Position numbers and translations under genes: made by a program. Shown here piece after piece: positions 49,313 to 57,955 of a stretch of 64,000 nt of DNA. Origin of the DNA: Escherichia phage vB_EcoM_JNE01. The notes beneath the pieces are model-generated. The model saw only the letters and a program-made list of their open reading frames with translations, did no database searches and was not told where the DNA came from. Every line of letters begins with the position of its first letter. Position 1 is the stretch's first letter. The DNA is taken from sequence record OR670491; one strand, written 5' to 3'.

Positions 49313-49518
49313 CTCAAGAACAAATTATGCAGTACTACCTATGTGCTATATCAAAAGAACATCTGAATAGCATAGGGCATCAACAAATTATACTTGCAAA
49401 TGCGAAACGTTCGGCACTTCTGCTTAACTCCATCAGAAATAACCTCATAAGGAATTTTCTGGAAGGTAACGAATCTATGCAGTACTATTTCATCTTAACA
49501 CTACTAATCGAGTACTAA
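49309..49518 (+). CDS. small-ORF array member 2
   Basis: 69 aa; N-terminal ...QYY, C-terminal ...YYFILTLLIEY. Confidence 0.45.
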   Translation: MTQEQIMQYYLCAISKEHLNSIGHQQIILANAKRSALLLNSIRNNLIRNFLEGNESMQYYFILTLLIEY

Positions 49519-49722
49519 ATGAATAAAGAACAATTATTTCAGTACTATAAAAGTACTCTGTCCAAAGGTCTACAGGAAAGTATAGCAGTTGAGTCTGCAA
49601 TACTACAGAACCTTAATGCAGTAGAATTCACAAACAGAATCACCAGGCACGCACAAAATGCTTTACAAGGACATGAAACCTTGAGATACTATCACATCAT
49701 CGTGCTTTGTATGGAGGTATAA
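49519..49722 (+). CDS. small-ORF array member 3
   Basis: 67 aa; ...FQYYKSTLSK ... YYHIIVLCMEV. Confidence 0.45.
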   Translation: MNKEQLFQYYKSTLSKGLQESIAVESAILQNLNAVEFTNRITRHAQNALQGHETLRYYHIIVLCMEV

Positions 49723-49730
49723 CAGAACAA

Positions 49731-49922
49731 ATGAATCCAGAACATCTAGAGTACTACAAGACATTCATGAACCACAAGGATCAGTACAGTTACAATACTG
49801 CTATGGGGCATTTTCGATACCATACCAAAAAAATGCAAAAGCACACACTAACACTATGGACTGTACAAGCACAACGAGACGAACTAAGATTGTGTGCTAT
49901 AATTAAAATCCTGAACATCTAA
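49731..49922 (+). CDS. small-ORF array member 4
   Basis: Internal ATG of track ORF 49707; MNPEHLEYYKT... Confidence 0.4.
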   Translation: MNPEHLEYYKTFMNHKDQYSYNTAMGHFRYHTKKMQKHTLTLWTVQAQRDELRLCAIIKILNI

Positions 49923-49930
49923 GGAATACT

Positions 49931-50122
49931 ATGTACGAGCACAAAGAACAGTACTTAAACACTCTACCTAAAGATATACAAAGAGCATTCCCTTGTGCTC
50001 CGTGGGATTTAAACAGTAAATGGGGTTTTATTGAGTTCTATAACGATGTATGTATTGTACTGGAAAGTAAGTCCCTCTCAATGCAGTACTGTTCAATCTT
50101 GAACCTAATTTTTAAGTACTAA
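49931..50122 (+). CDS. small-ORF array member 5
   Basis: MYEHKEQYLNTLP ... LNLIFKY. Confidence 0.45.
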   Translation: MYEHKEQYLNTLPKDIQRAFPCAPWDLNSKWGFIEFYNDVCIVLESKSLSMQYCSILNLIFKY

Positions 50123-50126
50123 AACT

Positions 50127-50306
50127 ATGCAAACATTCTATACAGATAGACTAAGCCTTAGAGATACTTTTATGTACGAAACCTTTGTTAAGTACTATAA
50201 CTTAGGTACTCCAATTACAAAGAATATTAATCTACAGCACTGCACACACTCAGCAGTACATGACCACGATCCGTACAGATACATCTTAGCCCTTTTAAGT
50301 ATATAA
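50127..50306 (+). CDS. small-ORF array member 6
   Basis: 59 aa (not in track): MQTFYTDRLS ... YRYILALLSI. Confidence 0.35.
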   Translation: MQTFYTDRLSLRDTFMYETFVKYYNLGTPITKNINLQHCTHSAVHDHDPYRYILALLSI

Positions 50307-50315
50307 GGAACACTA

Positions 50316-50990
50316 ATGAAACTCAATAATTACAGTAAACAATACCTAAAGCATTTTAAGTACCTCAAAAGCATTAAGGCTGAATCTATCACCAGCAGCT
50401 ACGTTTACAGCCCTAATGTACTAAAACAATTAAAGTACAAGAAAGAAAAAGTATCAAAGAACCTCAAAAAGTTTCTTAAGCACAAAGACGCAAAGATTCA
50501 GTACTTGAACATTAAAAACGATCATCCAGTACTAAGCCTCAATACAAGTCTAAAGAATCTGGATAACTCTTCATTTATGCTTGAGTTCAATATAAATGAA
50601 AATACTCCAGCGGTTTTTACAATTGCGTATAATAAAGCACAAATCTTTTTAGGTGCAAAAACCGCACTTAAACTCAGTAAAGCACAATTCTGTTTAGGTG
50701 ACCAGTACTACGTAGGTAGTGTACATATTGAACTCGAAAAAGATATGTACTTCGGTAGTACCCACGATAATCCAGAACATAAAGATACTATTGACTTCTT
50801 CAGGAATCTCCCTAAAGAGTATTCAGAAGATGAAATGTTCCAGTGGAGTACTATTATTAAAGACCCACATCTTTGCTACGAAGTGTATAAGAAAGTACAA
50901 GGGATTAAACAAATGATTAAAGAAAATAAAAAAATGTACCAACTCTTGCAGTTCTTAACCGGAGAAAATCTAATTGTTCAAAGACCATAA
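50316..50990 (+). CDS. hypothetical protein inserted in the small-ORF array
   Basis: 224-aa ORF with repeated KxxYLK-like segments. Confidence 0.45.
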   Translation: MKLNNYSKQYLKHFKYLKSIKAESITSSYVYSPNVLKQLKYKKEKVSKNLKKFLKHKDAKIQYLNIKNDHPVLSLNTSLKNLDNSSFMLEFNINENTPAVFTIAYNKAQIFLGAKTALKLSKAQFCLGDQYYVGSVHIELEKDMYFGSTHDNPEHKDTIDFFRNLPKEYSEDEMFQWSTIIKDPHLCYEVYKKVQGIKQMIKENKKMYQLLQFLTGENLIVQRP

Positions 50991-51168
50991 AGAGTACTAC
51001 AGAAATCAACTCCCAAAGGAATGGCAAATAACATTAGAAACTAACCTAGCACAGATATATACCCAGAAGTTTCTTGCTATGACATGGGAGCACTGCATTG
51101 AGTCAGTACTGAATTCTTCAAATGAATCACAATATCTCAATACTCTTTTACTTGTATATAAATTCTAA
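50974..51168 (+). CDS. small-ORF array member 7
   Basis: (M)FKDHKEYYRNQLP ... LLLVYKF; apparent TTG start overlapping the upstream gene. Confidence 0.35.
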   Translation: MFKDHKEYYRNQLPKEWQITLETNLAQIYTQKFLAMTWEHCIESVLNSSNESQYLNTLLLVYKF

Positions 51169-51181
51169 AAAGGAATAACAA

Positions 51182-51388
51182 ATGCAATTCCATGAACATA
51201 TGGAGTACTACAGAAAACAACTACCAGAACCTTTATCGATGATAATCGGTTCCAGAAGTTTAATAAGTAATCCCAATTTTCATATGCGTAGTCACTATAA
51301 ATGTACTGCTTCAATTTGTAATGGAACTGCTCACAATGAACCGCACCAGCATCTATACCAAATCCTTAAACTAATATATCAGTACTAA
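51182..51388 (+). CDS. small-ORF array member 8
   Basis: MQFHEHMEYYRKQLP ... LKLIYQY. Confidence 0.45.
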   Translation: MQFHEHMEYYRKQLPEPLSMIIGSRSLISNPNFHMRSHYKCTASICNGTAHNEPHQHLYQILKLIYQY

Positions 51389-51391
51389 ATT

Positions 51392-51583
51392 ATGCACGAA
51401 TATAAAGAGTACTACAAAGATAAAATCCCAAAGTTTCTACAATACCAAATACCAGATGCTGCACTAGGAATAAATGATGTGCACACCTGTACAAGATTCT
51501 ATCAATGCACTGAAAGTTTTCTGGTAGATGATTATGACCAATGCAAGGTGTACTATGTTATTTCACTAATATATAGGTACTAA
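51392..51583 (+). CDS. small-ORF array member 9
   Basis: MHEYKEYYKDKIP ... ISLIYRY. Confidence 0.45.
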   Translation: MHEYKEYYKDKIPKFLQYQIPDAALGINDVHTCTRFYQCTESFLVDDYDQCKVYYVISLIYRY

Positions 51584-51586
51584 ATC

Positions 51587-51766
51587 ATGCACAACGATTT
51601 CTATATACAAAAACTTATCGACGCTGGCCTGGAAAGCTTCCCGATAAATCCTGTACAAACAAAAGGATTGCACTGGTACTTCATCCCCTGTACTAAAGCA
51701 TGTATAAACCCCAGCAATTACAAGGATCTATACCACAATATATTAATACTCGCATTGAGGTACTAA
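51587..51766 (+). CDS. small-ORF array member 10
   Basis: 59 aa (not in track): MHNDFYIQKL ... ILILALRY. Confidence 0.35.
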   Translation: MHNDFYIQKLIDAGLESFPINPVQTKGLHWYFIPCTKACINPSNYKDLYHNILILALRY

Positions 51767-51769
51767 ATT

Positions 51770-51952
51770 ATGCAAGAACACTTGGAGTACTACAGAAGCC
51801 ATCTCCCAAAGAAGGCACAAAGAAACTTCGACCAACAATATATAAACCAAAAGAATCAGTTCTATAATGCATTCTATTCGTCTATGAAAACTATTGCTAT
51901 ACAAGGCAAAGACCCGTACTATAGCATCCTGAACATCATCTTCAAGTACTAA
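51770..51952 (+). CDS. small-ORF array member 11
   Basis: MQEHLEYYRSHLP ... LNIIFKY. Confidence 0.45.
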   Translation: MQEHLEYYRSHLPKKAQRNFDQQYINQKNQFYNAFYSSMKTIAIQGKDPYYSILNIIFKY

Positions 51953-51955
51953 AGC

Positions 51956-52141
51956 ATGTACAGAGACTTCTATATAAGTAAACTTAATCCTGTACTACAA
52001 ACTCGTATTCCTCCAGCGAAATTTATCCTCAAAACAAAAGCACAAAGGTATGAGTTCAAAAAGTGTACAAAAGAAATACTCAGTACTAAAAGTAATAAGA
52101 ACATATACTATCAAGTACTCGTCCTTATATTCAAGTACTAA
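51956..52141 (+). CDS. small-ORF array member 12
   Basis: MYRDFYISKLNP ... VLVLIFKY. Confidence 0.45.
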   Translation: MYRDFYISKLNPVLQTRIPPAKFILKTKAQRYEFKKCTKEILSTKSNKNIYYQVLVLIFKY

Positions 52142-52161
52142 AGTACTAAAGGAATAAACAT

Positions 52162-52356
52162 ATGCAACACCAGCACAAATTGTACTACACGCAATTTCTT
52201 AATCAGCAACTACAACAATTTATACCTAATGAACCATTACCATATGATCATCCCCTGGGTGCACGCGTTTTCAAAAGAACTATTAATGAACTATTGAGTA
52301 CTACCGACGACGATTCCCTGTACTACTGCTTAATTAAACTTATATATAGGCACTAA
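52162..52356 (+). CDS. small-ORF array member 13
   Basis: MQHQHKLYYTQFL ... LIKLIYRH. Confidence 0.45.
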   Translation: MQHQHKLYYTQFLNQQLQQFIPNEPLPYDHPLGARVFKRTINELLSTTDDDSLYYCLIKLIYRH

Positions 52357-52357
52357 T

Positions 52358-52552
52358 ATGCAACTCCTGCACAGAGAATACTACACACAATTCCTTAAAG
52401 AGAACTACAGAGATTCAGTCCCCGTAACTCCTTTTGACCCAAATAACCCAAGTTCAATCTTCCTCTTTAACGACGCAACACGTACTGCACTCTGTACTAC
52501 CAATAAACATTGGCACTACGCATTTGTACTTATACTTATATACAGACACTAA
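52358..52552 (+). CDS. small-ORF array member 14
   Basis: MQLLHREYYTQFL ... LILIYRH. Confidence 0.45.
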   Translation: MQLLHREYYTQFLKENYRDSVPVTPFDPNNPSSIFLFNDATRTALCTTNKHWHYAFVLILIYRH

Positions 52553-52561
52553 GGCACTAAC

Positions 52562-52747
52562 ATGAATGAGCACAGAGAGTACTACATAAAGAGACTTCAC
52601 CCCGACCTACGAGATACTATACCATTCGTTCCACATAATATACATGAACCCGTAGTGCAGTACTACTTTAATATAACAGTACAAGCCGCATTAAGTGAAT
52701 ATAGACTTGAGTACTTCACTGTACTAAAACTTATATATAAGTACTAA
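52562..52747 (+). CDS. small-ORF array member 15
   Basis: MNEHREYYIKRLHP ... LKLIYKY. Confidence 0.45.
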   Translation: MNEHREYYIKRLHPDLRDTIPFVPHNIHEPVVQYYFNITVQAALSEYRLEYFTVLKLIYKY

Positions 52748-52812
52748 CCCCTTGACATATACTCCAAGAATGATATACTACTTTCTATATAGAAACAATA
52801 CAGAGATAACAT

Positions 52813-53022
52813 ATGCACGAACATAAAGATTTCTATGTAAGCCAACTCCCCGTAATAGACCAATTCTGGTTAGCTGATGCAGCACCGTGTAATACAGATA
52901 CTAAGTACGGACAATTGTGCTTTGTTGAATCTATAAAGAAAGTACTACAACAAGATAAAACTAAGTACCGTAAAGAAAAAGACTTGTACTTTAATATAGT
53001 AGAACTTACCTTTATGTTCTAG
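52813..53022 (+). CDS. small-ORF array member 16
   Basis: MHEHKDFYVSQLP ... VELTFMF. Confidence 0.45.
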   Translation: MHEHKDFYVSQLPVIDQFWLADAAPCNTDTKYGQLCFVESIKKVLQQDKTKYRKEKDLYFNIVELTFMF

Positions 53023-53343
53023 TATAGAGAATAGTACAGGATACTAAGGTCTAGATGTGTTCCTAGGGAAGCATTATAACAGGCTTTAACATCTCGTAAA
53101 GATGTTAAAATTCAGCCTGCTCGACGTCTGAATTGTTAAAATTCAGCCTGGACAAATGCGATCACTAGGATTCTATCTAGGCTGAATCCCGTAATCACAA
53201 GTACGCATATGTAATCATATATAAACATTTCCGTGAGAAGTTTTGAGTACTGTATAGTATTAAGAATCACCGTAGGAGCACAGAATGATTAAGAATGCAC
53301 GGGAATGATTCAGAATGATTCAGTACTGATATGTCACTAAGTA

Positions 53344-53369
53344 GGCAGAGGAAGTCTGCCGTACTTTTT
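53344..53369 (+). terminator. rho-independent terminator (approximate coordinates)
   Basis: GGCAGA-ggaag-TCTGCC followed by GTACTTTTT. Confidence 0.45.
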
Positions 53370-53707
53370 AGTTTCCAAGCTCCTTTTCCATTTTTCAAAT
53401 TACATCAAATGCAATCAAAAGTAATCACGCAATGATTAGTACTGAATTATTACTTTCACCTTAATTTCAAATACCCGTTGACCCTTCGGGGTAAAATTCC
53501 ATTACCCCTTGAGGCTCCAGCAAAAAGTTGGTTAGTACTCCATCCTAAATCTCGATCCTAAAAATTTTGGAGTACCTATGAAATAAAAGTTGGATCTTCG
53601 AAAGTTGAAATTTACGTTGGGATGATTAGGATTTGTGAACTATAATGTAGTTCAAGTTGGAGTACAGAGTGAGAACAATCTAGAGTACTGAAAGATGAAA
53701 TAACATC

Positions 53708-53735
53708 TTGACAATACAATTCAGTACTGTATAAT
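53708..53735 (+). promoter_or_regulatory. orphan sigma70-type promoter in non-coding region
   Basis: TTGACA, 16-nt spacer ending cagtactg, TATAAT; no ORF within 1.3 kb downstream. Confidence 0.45.
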
Positions 53736-54202
53736 GTTGTACATAGGGTGAGGGAACGGCGGCAACTGTTCCTTAATCTCAGTATCATGTCGTGAGACAT
53801 TACGCAAGTTATATCCTCCTGTGCATAGTGCTGGTGGTTATCTCTTGAACCTCATTTTTTCTCGTGAACTAAACAGTACTGATATTAACAGAATGGTAGC
53901 AGTACTGATATTAATCTAATGCATTATGCCACCAGCTTGTGCTGGTGGATTCCCTCTAACAGTATTCAGTACTACATGATGGTCTTCATCCTCCTGGGGT
54001 AACATAGTGAAGGTTATGATGGCAGTACTGAATACTCCAAACTCAAGATGGATTAAGGGTGTAGTACTGACGGATTTTGGGTGTAGTTACCCTGGATGGA
54101 TTTTGGACGTAGATATGTCTAGCCCTCCAGAAGTCTGGAAGTAAAGATGGCTATCCATCTAGACGGCTAAACGGCTAGATTTCTGGATGGCTGGACGTTT
54201 GG

Positions 54203-54234
54203 ACGGCTAAACGGCTAAACGGCTAAACGGCTAA
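54203..54234. repeat. iteron-like tandem repeat (ACGGCTAA x4)
   Basis: Four perfect 8-bp units with degenerate copies and GGATGG/GGACG motifs on both sides. Confidence 0.6.
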
Positions 54235-54878
54235 ACGTCTGGATGTATGGATGGCTAAATCAAAATTTTATTTTGTTTTTTCCAATAGTTCCCCTACCGC
54301 GTGGGGATAGTTTCCCCGCAGTATCTGGTGTTAGATTTTTCTGAATCTGGAATCATTATCTTATAAACTGGGGGCAATGTCAACGGCCTGGACGGATATT
54401 TTTAAAAATTTTTTCAGTACTGAATTTTGGGCGTAACTATGCACCCGGTGGGCTTGAGTCTTTCTCGACTTGATGGAACTATTATACAGTACTGAAAAAA
54501 TAAAGCAATACCCTGGAAGCAAAAAAGTTTTAATTAATTTGCTTGCTATCCTGGGCCGGACTATGGTACTATATTTCAGTACTGAGAAAGTGCGTTTACC
54601 TGCTAGGGTGCGGGAGTGTATCCTTTTTTTATATCTTGAATTTTGGACGGATCTTCCCACCCCCTGGGGTATCCGCTTTCTCGCGTCTATGTAGTAATTA
54701 TACGCTTTTTCAGGATCAAGTCAATACCTAAAAACAAAATAATTGAAAATAATTTAACGCGTTTAAACGGCCCGTAACGCCCTGGAATGATTAGAATGGT
54801 GCAAATGTATAGCTTAGGTGTATTAATGCGTTAGAATGCGTCTGAGGCCGTTTTATGGGGTGTAGTAGTGATTTGGTT

Positions 54879-55046
54879 GATTCAGTACTGAATAATAGTA
54901 CTCCTATATAGAAAGATAGTTCCCCTGGATTGATTCAGTACTGAATGATAGTACTGAATAATAGTACTCCTATATAGAAAGATAGTTCCCCTGGATTGAT
55001 TCAGTACTGAATGATAGTACTGAATAATAGTTCCCCTATATAGAAA
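54879..55046. repeat. tandem direct repeats (unit 53-66 bp, about 2.5 copies)
   Basis: Unit GATTCAGTACTGAATGATAGTACTGAATAATAGTACTCCTATATAGAAAGATAGTTCCCCTGGATT, each copy carrying 2-3 AGTACT palindromes. Confidence 0.65.
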
Positions 55047-55079
55047 GAAAACTATTTTAAAAGTATTTGTAGAAAGTAC

Positions 55080-55139
55080 TTGCACAGTACTGATAAAAGC
55101 GTATAATGTTTTACATCGAGAGCGGGAACTCTTCCCGCT
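55080..55139 (+). promoter_or_regulatory. promoter / 5' stem-loop cassette
   Basis: TTGCAC, 16-nt spacer, TATAAT (55102-55107), gttttacatc, hairpin AGCGGGAA-ctc-TTCCCGCT (55121-55139). Confidence 0.6.
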
Positions 55140-55162
55140 ACACTTTAAGAGAGATTAATACG

Positions 55163-55525
55163 ATGGCGACTCAAATCACTAAAATCATTGCTAACCTGGT
55201 TAACTTCCGCGACGATATGAAAGATCTTCCGGCGGCAACGGTTAAAACTCACATTGACGCATACCGCGAACTGATTAAAATGCTGCCGCTTAAGCGTGAA
55301 CAATACGCCGCCACCGTGATGCTTGATGCGATGATCCATAAGATGATCGCCAGTGATTTAACGATGGCTTATCAGTATATGGGTGAATTGTTCGCGGTGT
55401 ATAGTAAACCAGTACCAGGAATGGAAAGTACAGAAGTATTACACGGTTTAAATTTAAAACAAGATGCATGGGATAATATGCCTCGTTTCCTGGTATGGGC
55501 TGACAGTGGCAAAATTTACGAATAA
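55163..55525 (+). CDS. hypothetical protein
   Basis: Internal ATG (frame +57) of track ORF 55106, downstream of the cassette hairpin. Confidence 0.5.
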   Translation: MATQITKIIANLVNFRDDMKDLPAATVKTHIDAYRELIKMLPLKREQYAATVMLDAMIHKMIASDLTMAYQYMGELFAVYSKPVPGMESTEVLHGLNLKQDAWDNMPRFLVWADSGKIYE

Positions 55526-55538
55526 GTTAAAAATTAGT

Positions 55539-55597
55539 TTGACAGTACTGAATAAAAGCGTATAATGTTTTACATCAGGTGGGGAATAGTTCCCCAC
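55539..55597 (+). promoter_or_regulatory. promoter / 5' stem-loop cassette
   Basis: TTGACA-N16-TATAAT; hairpin GTGGGGAA-tag-TTCCCCAC. Confidence 0.6.
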
Positions 55598-55617
55598 TAT
55601 ATAAGAGGATTAAAAAA

Positions 55618-55857
55618 ATGGCTAAATCAAAAATGTTCTTAGGTCACAAAAATAAAACTCATTGGAATGTAAGCCTTTGGATTAATAACGATGAGGGATT
55701 GTATCGGTTGGCCCAGGACTTTATTAACGATAGCACTAATCGCAATGATGCGGCCCGTCATATGATGTTATTTTTAGAACAGACTGGACAAGATAAAACA
55801 CCGGACGGATTCAAATATAGCACTACTGCGATCCGTGCGGCAATGGTAGGAATGTAA
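55618..55857 (+). CDS. hypothetical protein (paralog of 57659..57898)
   Basis: 79 aa; shared GHKNKTHWNVSLWINN ... TPDGFKYSTTAIRAAMVGM. Confidence 0.5.
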   Translation: MAKSKMFLGHKNKTHWNVSLWINNDEGLYRLAQDFINDSTNRNDAARHMMLFLEQTGQDKTPDGFKYSTTAIRAAMVGM

Positions 55858-55943
55858 TAGAATATATTTAAAGTACTATCATTTTTTTGCGATAGTACTT
55901 TATAATAGTGTTTTATTCATACACCAACGATAAGGGCAACAGC

Positions 55944-56210
55944 ATGAATATTAAGTATTTTGCGACGCGTGAACAAGCTCGGATCGCCGCTCGCCAGGAC
56001 GGGGCAACGTTTAAAGATATGGGCGTACAATCGGAACGTGGTAAACGTTGGGCCATTGTAAAGCGTAGTACCGCCAGATCATTACAGTACTGGTTAGCGG
56101 CCTTAAAAAGTCCCGATAGTGTATCGCGTCGAGTGGTAGAAATAAAGCTCGACCGAAAGGGCAACCGCGTGACCGTGTACCGTACTAAAAAGATAGCAGT
56201 ACTTGAATAA
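55944..56210 (+). CDS. hypothetical basic protein
   Basis: Internal ATG (frame +36) of track ORF 55908. Confidence 0.45.
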   Translation: MNIKYFATREQARIAARQDGATFKDMGVQSERGKRWAIVKRSTARSLQYWLAALKSPDSVSRRVVEIKLDRKGNRVTVYRTKKIAVLE

Positions 56211-56217
56211 AAAGTAC

Positions 56218-56276
56218 TTGCAAACTATGTTTAATGGCGTATAATGTTTTACATCGAGAGCGGGAACTCTTCCCGC
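56218..56276 (+). promoter_or_regulatory. promoter / 5' stem-loop cassette
   Basis: TTGCAA-N16-TATAAT; hairpin GCGGGAA-ctc-TTCCCGC. Confidence 0.6.
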
Positions 56277-56297
56277 CTATAACCTGGAGTAATAAAA

Positions 56298-56528
56298 ATG
56301 ACTAATATGTATATGACTGAAGTTAAAACCGTAAAAGATACTACCACGAATAAAACTACTTACTTACAGCGGATCTGCGGTGTATGGCAACGTATCAGCA
56401 AATCAAAGTACTTTAAATTAACATCATATGCAAATCGTTCGGATTCATTCAGTACTGAAATAAAAGGTAATAAAGTACACCAATACGGCACTTATTATTA
56501 TTACAGCCTGGACGCGATTGCAGTATAA
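56298..56528 (+). CDS. hypothetical protein
   Basis: 76-aa ORF with GGAG RBS. Confidence 0.45.
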   Translation: MTNMYMTEVKTVKDTTTNKTTYLQRICGVWQRISKSKYFKLTSYANRSDSFSTEIKGNKVHQYGTYYYYSLDAIAV

Positions 56529-56778
56529 GCAGTTTACAAATCTTTACAATTGCCGGTATTGACTTATTTTGTCAGTACTGGCATAATGTATTCATTGGCA
56601 GATAAGCCGTAGCCCATAGGGTGCGGGAGTGTATCTATAGAAAAATTAGTTTAGTATAGTTACAATTGTGCACCCGGTGGGTTAGCTGTTGTCATGGGGT
56701 ATATTATGCCAGTACTTGATAATTCTGTCAATACTTTTTTTTTACTATTCAGTACTGAAAACTATTTTTAAAAAGTAC

Positions 56779-56896
56779 TTGCAAACTATGTTTAAAGGCG
56801 TATAATGTTTTACATCAGGACGGGGAACGAAATAAGTAACTTCCCGTTAAGTAGCCCAGGAGTAAGGCACACGAAAAACTCCCCTGATAAAATAGT
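56779..56896 (+). promoter_or_regulatory. orphan promoter with ~90-nt structured leader (candidate small RNA)
   Basis: TTGCAA-N16-TATAAT (to 56806), then tacatcaggacggggaac...acgaaaaactcccctga with no ORF; a second promoter follows. Confidence 0.45.
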
Positions 56897-56924
56897 TTGA
56901 CAAATGTTTTTAAAAGCGTATAAT
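56897..56924 (+). promoter_or_regulatory. sigma70-type promoter
   Basis: TTGACA-N16-TATAAT, 32 nt upstream of the 56957 ATG. Confidence 0.55.
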
Positions 56925-56956
56925 ACTTACATCAACTACTGAATGAGGGTTACAAA

Positions 56957-57568
56957 ATGAAAACTATCACTACTACTACTTTCGTTATGGATTTTTCTGA
57001 ATTGAACGCAGAACAACAAACGTCAGCTATCGAACTGGTTCGGGATCGTGAGCGTTCATGTGAGGATAATTTCTTTGCTGAGGGCGTTATCGAGTACTAT
57101 AAAGAAACAGTACTACCAGAATACGGCATAGATGAAGCTGAATTGCAATACAGTGGTTTTTGGTCGCAAGGTGACGGTGCATCAATCAGTACTGACAGCG
57201 TGGACGCAGTGAAGTTTTTACGCAAGATTAAAGCGTTAACGAAATATCGTTCTATCCGTCACTTGTTGAATGAAGATGATTTGGCAATGAGTGTAGAACG
57301 TTCACACTCTCGCTACGCACACGAAAACACGGTAAGCGGGTACATTGAATCGGCTTACACTGATTTAACCGCAAAACAAGAAACGTTAGTTAATGAGCTT
57401 GAGGAACTACTCACTGATACTATTCGTGAATTGTCCCGCAAGTTGTACCGTGATTTAGAGAATGCATATGAGGATCAATTCACTACTGAAAACATTACGG
57501 CACTGATTGAGGGTAACGAATATCAATTCAATGTTATTGATGGCGTAGTGGAATCAATCGAATATTAA
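56957..57568 (+). CDS. hypothetical acidic protein
   Basis: 203-aa ORF with GAGGGT RBS. Confidence 0.5.
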   Translation: MKTITTTTFVMDFSELNAEQQTSAIELVRDRERSCEDNFFAEGVIEYYKETVLPEYGIDEAELQYSGFWSQGDGASISTDSVDAVKFLRKIKALTKYRSIRHLLNEDDLAMSVERSHSRYAHENTVSGYIESAYTDLTAKQETLVNELEELLTDTIRELSRKLYRDLENAYEDQFTTENITALIEGNEYQFNVIDGVVESIEY

Positions 57569-57580
57569 TTTAAAAAGTAC

Positions 57581-57640
57581 TTGCAAACTAAGTTTAAAAG
57601 CGTATAATACTTTATATCGAGGCGGGGAGTGGTTCCCCGC
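57581..57640 (+). promoter_or_regulatory. promoter / 5' stem-loop cassette
   Basis: TTGCAA-N16-TATAAT; hairpin GCGGGGA-gtggt-TCCCCGC. Confidence 0.6.
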
Positions 57641-57658
57641 TCAAACGAGGATTTAAAA

Positions 57659-57898
57659 ATGGCTAGTACTAAAACTTACAACGGACACAAAAACAAAACT
57701 CATTGGAATGTAAGCCTTTGGATTAATAACGGTGAGTCATTGTATCGGCTTGCTCAAAGTTGCATCGCACAAAGTAGAACTAAAGATATTGCTGCGGAAT
57801 GTATGTACCGCAGATTAAAAGCCAACGGTACTACTACAACGCCGGACGGCTTTAAGTATAGCACTACTGCGATCCGTGCTGCAATGGTTGGAATGTAA
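57659..57898 (+). CDS. hypothetical protein (paralog of 55618..55857)
   Basis: 79 aa sharing the GHKNKTHWNVSLWINN motif. Confidence 0.5.
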   Translation: MASTKTYNGHKNKTHWNVSLWINNGESLYRLAQSCIAQSRTKDIAAECMYRRLKANGTTTTPDGFKYSTTAIRAAMVGM

Positions 57899-57955
57899 TA
57901 TTCAGTACTGAGATAATGGCGGGTAATAGTTCCCGCCTTTACTGAGGGTTATCTA

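Noticed and set aside
53040-55079. tRNA genes in the long non-coding region (T4-like phages often carry tRNA clusters)
   Set aside because: I found no GTTCGAATC-type T-arm or cloverleaf-compatible segment by eye; a tRNAscan-type search would be needed to exclude them fully.
56957-57568. Anti-restriction (ArdA/Ocr-like) assignment for the acidic 203-aa protein
   Set aside because: Acidic composition alone is not diagnostic, and I could not match a known anti-restriction sequence from memory.
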